Source: Flavobacteriales bacterium (GTDB lineage: Bacteria; Bacteroidota; Bacteroidia; DT-38). Taken from it: a stretch of 64,000 bases of DNA. The notes below the pieces were generated by a model that was not told where the DNA came from, made no database searches, and saw nothing but the letters and a program-made list of their open reading frames with translations. Position 1 is the first letter of the stretch; each line of letters opens with the position of its first letter. The position numbers were made by a program, and so were the translations under genes. The stretch lies in assembly GCA_013214205.1 (NCBI GenBank), contig JABSPQ010000127.1, positions 7,613 through 71,612 on the forward strand, given 5' to 3'. Of the stretch, positions 10,578-19,200 are shown one piece after another.

Positions 10578-10596
10578 AAATACAGTTTATTAAACT

Positions 10597-11421
10597 CTAT
10601 TTTTTTGCTTTTTGCTTTTTTGTAGTTGCTTTTTTTGTAGTTGCTTTTTCTTCAACTTCAGCAACTTCAGGTTCTCCGTAAATATTATCATCAACAAGTA
10701 CTCTACCACAATGCTCACACACAATAACTTTTTTGTGCATTCTGATGTCTAATCTTCTTTGTGGTGGAATTTTGTTAAAGCAACCACCGCAAGCATCTCT
10801 TTGGATGGTTACAACAGCTAGACCATTTCTGGCATTACCTCTAATTCTTTCGTAAGCAGTTAACAATCTTTCTTCGATGATTGCAGAAGCTTTTTTAGAT
10901 TTTTTAGCTAAACTCTCTTCATCTTTTTGTGTTTCAGCAACAATATCAGAAAGTTCGCCTTTTTTAATTTTCAAATCGCTTTTAAGCTCTTTAAGCTCTT
11001 TCTTAGATCCATCAACTCCGTCACCTTTCGAATCAATCTCGAATTTAACTTCTTTGATTTTCTTTTCAGACAATTCAATCTCCAACGTTTGAAATTCGAT
11101 CTCTTTATTAAGTGAGTCGTATTCTCTACTGTTTCTTACTTTCTTTTGCTGAGACTCATATCTTTTAATTTCGGCATGAGAATCTTTTATTCCATTCTCT
11201 TTATCCGAAATTTTAGTTTGTAAAGCTTCAGTTTCTTCAACATGATTTGCAAGTCTAGTTTCAAGACCTTCTACTGCATCTTCTAGATCCTTAACCTCTA
11301 AAGGTAATTCCCCTCTTATGGTTCTTATCTTATCTATCTGACTATCTATCCTTTGCAAGTCAAGTAACGCCCTTAACTTCTCTTCTGTTGACGCTTCTTT
11401 TTTTTCTATTGTTGTTGACAT
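10597..11421 (-). CDS. Coiled-coil, C4 zinc-ribbon protein (DUF164 family)
   Basis: Long coiled coil, CGGC...CEHCGR, adjacent to Nif3. Confidence 0.92.
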   Translation of the reverse strand: MSTTIEKKEASTEEKLRALLDLQRIDSQIDKIRTIRGELPLEVKDLEDAVEGLETRLANHVEETEALQTKISDKENGIKDSHAEIKRYESQQKKVRNSREYDSLNKEIEFQTLEIELSEKKIKEVKFEIDSKGDGVDGSKKELKELKSDLKIKKGELSDIVAETQKDEESLAKKSKKASAIIEERLLTAYERIRGNARNGLAVVTIQRDACGGCFNKIPPQRRLDIRMHKKVIVCEHCGRVLVDDNIYGEPEVAEVEEKATTKKATTKKQKAKK

Positions 11422-11422
11422 C

Positions 11423-12208
11423 TTAAATCAAATATTTAATTGGATTCGTGTTTATCCCTGAAAAACGGATGGCAAATTTAGGAAAATTTTCCTTAATTAA
11501 GTCATAAATCACCTCGCTTGTGTATTGTTCGCTTTCATAGTGTCCAATATCAATAATTACTATTTCATTATTGGCATCAAAGAACTGATGATATTTGAAG
11601 TCTCCGGTGATAAAAACATCAGCGTTTTCAGCAATTGCATCAGACAATAAAAAGCTTCCCGAACCGCCACAAACAGCAATCTTCCTTACTTTTTCTTTTA
11701 TTATCTCGGTATATCTAATGCCTTTAGCTTTGAAATCATTTTTCAGTAAATCAAGTAGGTCATCAAGCAACATTTCCTGCTTTAACTCCCCTATCATTCC
11801 ATCACCTACATTATCCATACCGGGCTTAGGTGCTAATATTTTGGTATTAATCAATCCGATTTTCTCACAAATCTTGGTATTTACGCCATTTATCACATTA
11901 TCTAAATTAGTATGAACTGCGTAAATCGATATGTTGTGCTTAATTGCTTTTATTAGTATTCTACCCAGCCAATCTGAAGAACTTACTTGCTTTATGCCGC
12001 CAAAAATCAAAGGATGATGTGCAATAATCAAGTCGGCGCCAATAGAAATTGCTTCATCTACTACCTCCTCCGTACAATCCAAACAAACCAAAGCCGATTC
12101 AACTTCATCATTTAAATTTCCTACGTTTAAGCCAGCATTATCGTATGCCTCTTGATATCCTAAGGGCGCTAAAGTCTCAATTACCGACGTTATATCTTGA
12201 ATTTTCAT
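11423..12208 (-). CDS. Nif3-like dinuclear metal centre protein
   Basis: DNAGL, IAHHPLIF, HTNLD, GHYESE. Confidence 0.95.
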   Translation of the reverse strand: MKIQDITSVIETLAPLGYQEAYDNAGLNVGNLNDEVESALVCLDCTEEVVDEAISIGADLIIAHHPLIFGGIKQVSSSDWLGRILIKAIKHNISIYAVHTNLDNVINGVNTKICEKIGLINTKILAPKPGMDNVGDGMIGELKQEMLLDDLLDLLKNDFKAKGIRYTEIIKEKVRKIAVCGGSGSFLLSDAIAENADVFITGDFKYHQFFDANNEIVIIDIGHYESEQYTSEVIYDLIKENFPKFAIRFSGINTNPIKYLI

Positions 12209-12260
12209 AATTCAATATTAGGGAAATTTACATTAACCTAAATTTGTACTTTTATTTGCA

Positions 12261-13304
12261 ATGACTCCATCGCAGTTTTTATTATTACCCATCTCATTTG
12301 TTTATGGGCTAATTATCCGAACAAGAAATTTGTTTTACGATTTGGGCATCCTAAATTCTAAAGGATATGACTTGCCCATAATTTGTGTTGGCAACCTTAC
12401 TCATGGCGGTACAGGTAAAACGCCACACGTTCAGTTTATAGCAGAATTATTAAAGGAAAACAAAACCGTTGCCGTGTTAATGAGGGGCTACAAGCGAAAT
12501 ACGAGTGGGTTTTTATTGATTAACGAAAACACGCCTTACACCGATAGTGGCGATGAGGCCAAACAACACAAACAAATGAATAAAGATTTGATTGTAGCGC
12601 TTGATGAAGATCGCAGGAATGGCATTGAACAATTACAGGCTTGCACGCCTAATTTAGATTGCATTATAATGGACGATGGATTTCAACACAGAAGGGTTAA
12701 ACCTGGATTTTCGATTGTTCTTCGCGATTACCACGAATTAAAATCGAATAATTTTGTTGCTCCAGCAGGCACATTGCGCGAACCGCTTTCAGGAAGCAAG
12801 CGAGCTGATGTAATAATTGTGTCGAAATGCCCCCCAAATCTTTCCAAAAACGAAAAGCATATGCTTACAAAACAACTCAACTCTACAGAAAATCAAGCCA
12901 TCTATTTCACTCAGGTTGTTTACGACGACATAACTTCATATAATTTATCCGATACCATTGCAAACATTTCCGATTACAACATTGTTTTGTTTACAGGAAT
13001 TGGCAACGCTGCACCTTTGGTAGAACATTTAAAATTAAACGCTAAAAGCGTTTTACATGTTGATTTTAACGATCATCACAATTTTAATGCTAACGATCTG
13101 AAAAACATTAAAAACAAATTTGATGCAATTGATAGCAATAAAAAAATCATGCTTACAACACAAAAAGACCTTTGCCGTTTATCGCAAGACATATTAACCG
13201 AAATGAACATCTATTTTATTCCAATCTTTATTAAATTTCATAATGAAAGTAGTGCTGAGTTCATCGAACAAATCAGTAATTTCGTGTCTAAACCGACCAA
13301 CTAG
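12261..13304 (+). CDS. lpxK: Tetraacyldisaccharide 4'-kinase
   Basis: VGNLTHGGTGKTP, GDE, DDGFQHR, F.DHH, TTQKD. Confidence 0.95.
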   Translation: MTPSQFLLLPISFVYGLIIRTRNLFYDLGILNSKGYDLPIICVGNLTHGGTGKTPHVQFIAELLKENKTVAVLMRGYKRNTSGFLLINENTPYTDSGDEAKQHKQMNKDLIVALDEDRRNGIEQLQACTPNLDCIIMDDGFQHRRVKPGFSIVLRDYHELKSNNFVAPAGTLREPLSGSKRADVIIVSKCPPNLSKNEKHMLTKQLNSTENQAIYFTQVVYDDITSYNLSDTIANISDYNIVLFTGIGNAAPLVEHLKLNAKSVLHVDFNDHHNFNANDLKNIKNKFDAIDSNKKIMLTTQKDLCRLSQDILTEMNIYFIPIFIKFHNESSAEFIEQISNFVSKPTN

Positions 13305-13305
13305 C

Positions 13306-14409
13306 ATGAGAGTATTTCAATTTATTATTGTTTCAACAGTTCTTTTTTTGGCTGCCTGTCAAGGAGAACTAGAGTACAGCCTTAAAGGCAAATTTAAAAA
13401 TGCCGAAGGCAAATCATTGTATATTGAAAAAGCTGGCGTACAAGGCTTCCAAACAATTGCCACAGCCGTTTTAGATTCGGATGGTGAATTCCTTTTCACT
13501 TTTCCTGTTAGAGATGCTGGGTATTATAGAATAAGAGTTGGTTCTGATCAGTCGATAATTTTAATAATCGATAAAGGAGAATCTGTATTAGTTAATGGAG
13601 ATGCAACCAACCTTGGACAAAATTATACTGTTGAAGGCTCTAAAAATTCTGTTTTATACAAAGAGTTCTTCTCCTCGTATCAAAAAAACATGGTATCCAT
13701 CGATTCTCTTAAGCAGATGTATACCGTAATTATGCAAACTACAAGAGATGCTATTCAGATTAGACAGATTCAAGAACAGTTTGGCGAATTGAGTTCGGCA
13801 CAAAGTACTTTCAGTAAAAACTTTATCGACGCTCACATTAATGATTTCGTGGTTTTAAGTGTGGTGGAAAGTTTGGAGCCAGAACCCAATATGGAATATT
13901 ACAAGAAGGTTGAGAGTAGTATGTCTAAAAACTTCCCCAACTCTGTACTTGCACAAAACTTCGTAAAAAAAGTGAGCGATTTAAACAGGATTGCTATAGG
14001 ATCAATTCCTCCCGAAATTCAAATGTCGGACCCCAATGGAAACATCGTTGCACTTTCTTCTTTAAAAGGCAAAGTGGTTTTAGTAGATTTTTGGGCGTCG
14101 TGGTGTAGACCATGTAGAATGGAAAGCCCCAATTTAGTCCGACTTTACAACCAGTTTAATAGTAGTGGTTTCGAAATTTATAGCGTTTCCCTCGATAAGA
14201 ATAAAAACTCTTGGCTTCAGGCAATTCAACAAGATCAATTGAATTGGATTCATGTTAGTGAGTTGGCTTATTGGAATACCTCGGTTGTTAAAACTTACGG
14301 ATTTTCGGGAATTCCTTTTACAGTTTTACTAGATAGAGATGGGAAGATTATCGGAAAAAATCTACGAGGCGCACAACTGGCTCAAAAGGTTCAAGAAGTT
14401 TTAAGTTAA
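13306..14409 (+). CDS. TlpA-family thiol:disulfide oxidoreductase lipoprotein (DUF4369 + AhpC/TSA)
   Basis: Lipobox LAAC after ATG 13306; DFWASWCRPCR. Confidence 0.92.
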   Translation: MRVFQFIIVSTVLFLAACQGELEYSLKGKFKNAEGKSLYIEKAGVQGFQTIATAVLDSDGEFLFTFPVRDAGYYRIRVGSDQSIILIIDKGESVLVNGDATNLGQNYTVEGSKNSVLYKEFFSSYQKNMVSIDSLKQMYTVIMQTTRDAIQIRQIQEQFGELSSAQSTFSKNFIDAHINDFVVLSVVESLEPEPNMEYYKKVESSMSKNFPNSVLAQNFVKKVSDLNRIAIGSIPPEIQMSDPNGNIVALSSLKGKVVLVDFWASWCRPCRMESPNLVRLYNQFNSSGFEIYSVSLDKNKNSWLQAIQQDQLNWIHVSELAYWNTSVVKTYGFSGIPFTVLLDRDGKIIGKNLRGAQLAQKVQEVLS

Positions 14410-14416
14410 TTTAGTC

Positions 14417-15178
14417 TTGGAAGGAATTAACACTTCAAATAAAATTTACTTCGCGTCAGATTTCCATCTTGGGATCCCTAGTCATGCTAAAAGTTTGATT
14501 AGGGAAAAGAATATTGTTAAATGGCTAGATGAGATTAAGCATAATGCAGCGGCCATTTATCTTATGGGAGATTTATTCGACTTTTGGTTCGAATACAAAA
14601 CTGTAATTCCGAAAGGTTTTACACGGCTACTGGGAAAAATTGCAGAACTCACAGATTCGGGCATTGAAGTAAACTTCTTTATTGGCAACCACGATATGTG
14701 GTGCTTCGATTACTTTGAATATGAATTAGGTTTGAAAATTTTCAGAAACCCAATTACCAAAGAATTCAATGGCAAAAAATTCTATTTGGCTCATGGCGAT
14801 GGATTAGGACCCAAAGACTACAAATACAAATTCCTAAAAAAGGTATTTCGCAACCCTATTTGCCAATGGCTGTTTGGTATAATACCGCCACAAATTGGTA
14901 TTGGTTTAGCATTACATTGGTCGGGTACAAGTAGGGCAACAAATCCTGTTACAATTGCAGATACGTACGGAGAAGATGGAGAATGGCTAATTATACATTC
15001 TAAAGAAGTGTTGGCGAAAGAACACCACGACTTTTTTGTTTATGGCCATAGACACATACCTCTTGATTTAAAAATTGGAGATAATTCAAGATACATCAAT
15101 TTAGGCGATTGGATAATCCATTTTACGTATGCGGTATTTGATGGAGAAAATTTAGAGCTTAAGACTTTCTCTGAGTAA
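14417..15178 (+). CDS. lpxH: UDP-2,3-diacylglucosamine diphosphatase
   Basis: SDFHLG, GDLFDFWFEY, GNHD, HGDG, GHRH, NLGDW. Confidence 0.9.
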   Translation: MEGINTSNKIYFASDFHLGIPSHAKSLIREKNIVKWLDEIKHNAAAIYLMGDLFDFWFEYKTVIPKGFTRLLGKIAELTDSGIEVNFFIGNHDMWCFDYFEYELGLKIFRNPITKEFNGKKFYLAHGDGLGPKDYKYKFLKKVFRNPICQWLFGIIPPQIGIGLALHWSGTSRATNPVTIADTYGEDGEWLIIHSKEVLAKEHHDFFVYGHRHIPLDLKIGDNSRYINLGDWIIHFTYAVFDGENLELKTFSE

Positions 15179-16163
15179 TTTTCCCGATCAAATCGGACAA
15201 TCTTGACGAATAGCCAATTTCGTTGTCGTACCAACCCACCACTTTTACCATATTACCTATAACAGAGGTAAGTTGCGAGTCGAAAACACATGAATGTGGA
15301 TTTCCTATTATATCTACAGACACAATAGGGTCGGTAATATACTCTAGGATGCCATTTAAGCCGTTTTTAGACGCTTTCTCAAATGCGCTGTTAACTTCGT
15401 CAATAGACGGCGAATTACTCAGGATACACGTTAAATCTGTAAGTGATCCATTTGCAACCGGAACCCTCATGCCACAGCCACCCATTTTATTTTCTAAATG
15501 CGGGAATATCTTAGTAACTGCTTTGGCCGCTCCTGTTGTTGTAGGGATAATGGACATAGACGCAGCCCGTGCTCTTCTTAAATCATAATGCGGTGCGTCG
15601 TGCAATTTCTGATCGCTAGTAAATGAGTGTATGGTGGTGATGTATGCCGTTTCTATATCCCAATTATCATCCAAAACTTTTACTAAAGGCGCAGCACAAT
15701 TGGTTGTGCAAGAAGCATTAGAAATAATGATATCATTGTCCTCCAAAACTTCATCATTAATACCCAATACCACCATTTTTACATCAGATTCGGATGGCGC
15801 GGATATTATAACTTTCTTGGCTCCTGCAGTTATGTGCTGTCCATTTTTCTTGAGGCTTTTATATTTACCTGTACATTCTATAACTACATCAACATCTAAA
15901 TCTTTCCAAGGAAGTTGTAACGGAGTAGCGCATGAAAGGAATTTAATTCGCTGATCCTTTACGAGCAAACTATCACCCTCAATGTTCACTTGTTGATTAA
16001 ACCGGCCATGAACAGAATCGTATTTAAATAAATGGGTTAATGTGTTGATGTCACTCAAATCATTAATAGCTACTATTTCATAAGTATCTTGTTCAAGCAA
16101 AATCCGAAGCAGTGCCCTACCTATTCTTCCAAAACCATTTATTGCAATTTTAGCTTTAGTCAT
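15159..16163 (-). CDS. gap: Type I glyceraldehyde-3-phosphate dehydrogenase
   Basis: INGFGRIGR, NASCTTNC, WYDNE. Confidence 0.96.
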   Translation of the reverse strand: MTKAKIAINGFGRIGRALLRILLEQDTYEIVAINDLSDINTLTHLFKYDSVHGRFNQQVNIEGDSLLVKDQRIKFLSCATPLQLPWKDLDVDVVIECTGKYKSLKKNGQHITAGAKKVIISAPSESDVKMVVLGINDEVLEDNDIIISNASCTTNCAAPLVKVLDDNWDIETAYITTIHSFTSDQKLHDAPHYDLRRARAASMSIIPTTTGAAKAVTKIFPHLENKMGGCGMRVPVANGSLTDLTCILSNSPSIDEVNSAFEKASKNGLNGILEYITDPIVSVDIIGNPHSCVFDSQLTSVIGNMVKVVGWYDNEIGYSSRLSDLIGKITQRKS

Positions 16164-16184
16164 TTTAAGCTATCGGTAACAATT

Positions 16185-16211
16185 AAAATAGCTGCATGAA
16201 GCAGCTACTTT
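16185..16211 (-). terminator. Probable intrinsic terminator of the large T9SS gene
   Basis: AAAATAGCTGC-ATGAA-GCAGCTACTTT hairpin. Confidence 0.65.
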
Positions 16212-16237
16212 AATATTATTTATTTAGGAGTAACGTA

Positions 16238-19200
16238 TTAATTGATCACAACCATTTTGGCTGCCAATACTTCTTTACTAGTTGTAGCACTTACAATATA
16301 AGTACCAGCACTTAATCCAGCAACACTAAGATCAAAATTGTTGGTTCCCTTAATTAATGTTACTACATCCGTATAGATTGAAGTACCGCTTAAGCTATAT
16401 ACATTTAATCGAACACCTTTCTCGCTTTCACCAACAGTAATGGACACATTGGCTACATCCGTAACTGGGTTTGGATAGATAGAAAGACTTGACTCGCTAG
16501 TTTCAACAGTTACCTTCTCTTCAACTCCAACAACATCTTGAGATGTATATACACCTCTACCATACGTACCAGCAACTAAGTTGCCATATGTGTAAGAGAA
16601 TTTCCAATATTGTTGGAATAAATCTGTTACAGGAACTTGAGGAATTATATCACCGTCAGTATTCCAGCTAGCTCCAGCATCATCTGTACTATAAACGCCA
16701 TACTCTGTACCAATTATTATTTCAGCACCAGTAGAATCGTTCAAGTTAATCAATACCGAATAAACAGGCATTGCCGGTAAATCAGACTGAATGGAAATAA
16801 ACAAAGGAGTCGCGTCAGTAGCATTTTGAGACTCATATACATAATCCGCGTTACCATAATTACCTAAAGTAACCACAACATGCGACGATGTTTTTCTGCT
16901 AGTAGCAATATCAGTAATATACCTTCCTTCGAAGTCGTGAACCAGTGATATCTTCAAATTCTCCACATCTTTTCCTCCTCTCAAAGTAAGTACTTTTGAA
17001 ATCCGGTAGAGTCTTCCTCCCATTCCTACCCATATTTCATTCCCATCTGCAGAGAATCTTATTGCTGTTGCAGGATGCATTGCCGCCGTATCTAGCTCAA
17101 CAGGCACATAATAATGCTGTTCGTAAATAGAACCAAATGCTACAGGAATTGTTTTTATATCTAATGGATCGTTAGCAATTAAAATGCTACCATCTTCACC
17201 AGATACAGCAAACCTCGAATTAATTACATCCGTAAACCAAGCTGAATCTTTATCTCTGTTCGATAGGTCTTCTGTTAAGGTAGTCCAGTAGTAAATAAAA
17301 TCGCCACTGCCAGCCATAACAGTATTACTTTTTAACTGAATGGTTGAACCAACTATTTCAGTAGGGTCTCCTGAAGTAAGATAAGGAACACTATCAACGT
17401 TCGTTGTATCATACAGACTTTCCCATAAGTCCATTTTAACAACAGACGAATAAACCTCATCCTGAGTAATATCGATTACAGTAATCCCTCTGTTTTCAGA
17501 GCGATAAACTGTATTTATAACCTCGTAGCCATTGTAACCAAACTTAGTACCTGAATAAAAGATAATACTTGGGTCAATTTTAGAAATTACAACATCTCCA
17601 CCACTCATAACTTCTCCTAGGTCGGTATATAGCTGCGTTCCTCGATTAGGGTTTATGTCGAAACCAGAATTGTATATAACACCATTTCCTACGGTACTCA
17701 TAAGTAACTCACCATCAACGTCCATCTCTGCACCTAGCATTTGTGTGCTCACATAGTTTGCATTTTGTTTTGAGAATGAACTACCACCATTTCTAGTATT
17801 GTATATCCCTGCATCCGTTGCTATGTAAAAGGTTTTAGTATTTGTTGGATGGTATACTATATCATGAATTCCCGTTGATACGTATAATGGATCATTCAAC
17901 TCTAATTCTGCTGATGACACTTTGTTCCAATTTTCATCAAAAGTCCATTTCCAAATATCTAAACCTGCAACCAATATATTTTCTCTATCATTTGGATTAA
18001 CAACAATTGTATTTGCATACATACCGTCGAATAATGGATAAAATTGAGATTGAGAAAGTCCTCCAGGGCCTATTAGATCCCATCTTGCTCCTTTATCAGT
18101 AGATTGGTAAACACCTTCTAACAAATATTTTTCCTCAGTATCTCTTTCCTCTGCGGTATAGGCAACTGATGCATAAACATAATTAGGATCAGAAGGCGCA
18201 ATAGCTACTTCAATTCTACCAACACCCTTAATTGGTAGCAAGTTACTCTCAAAATCATTTGAACGTTGTACATATGTACCTGGATCTCCGTTAGCAGAGG
18301 TAAAGCATACATTGCCTACAATGGCAATTACCGAACCATCACTTCCAACTTCAACGTCTGTAGCTCGAGCAACAGAATCAGAATCAAAAGAAACAGCATC
18401 TAATCCAGTTACATTACCAATTAGTGTTTCAAATGTGCCAGAAAGTCCAGAAACATTTGCTGGATCAGAGAAATAACTTGATCCTAAATTAACAGAAGTA
18501 ATATTGTCTATTACGGTATACCTATTTCCTGTTAAACCACAACTTGCGTTTTCATGTGTTGTTTCCTGATCAGCTTCGAAGTCTCCTGCTGGAACTGCCT
18601 CTGAAATCACTTCATATATCGCATCAAGGTCCGATGGCTTATCAACAGTAGGCGCTTCAGATTCGAAAGTACCACCTTGAGTACTAGAAGTAAAATAAAT
18701 AGAAGTTCCACTTCTGTTAGCTGTTATGTTTTGCTTATTCCAAGCATCTTTAGCATTAAGATCCTTTTTAATAAATTTATTTATCTTCTCAATCAATGTT
18801 GGTGCGTCAGCCTTGTTTTCCCATTTAAACGTTGTTAAACTATACTTTGATCCAACATTCAATATAACTTTGTCAATCCCCGGTGTTAAGTCACCAACCA
18901 TATGATATACAACTTGTTTAGACAATGGGAAATTAGGAACCAAAGTGGTAGCAAGTACCTCCAATTCGCCACTTTGAGATGTTAACAAACCATCAAATCC
19001 AGGAAAATCATTCCCTGGTACTTTAGCAGTAAATGTTATGAGGCTGTCCTCTTGTGTCATTATAATACCTTCTACAGTATCTAGTTTAGCTTTGTAATCA
19101 GCATAGAACTTTTCTGCAATTTCGGTAACCGAACCATTATCGAGAAATTTATACTTATCCTTGTTCATATAAAGTGTTACTTCACCCAAATTTCCAGTAA

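Noticed and set aside
10610-10650. 15-bp tandem duplication encoding KATTK-KATTK
   Set aside because: Slippage in a low-complexity tail
15159-15178. Convergent 20-bp overlap of lpxH and gap
   Set aside because: Short tail-to-tail overlaps are common; no sign of function
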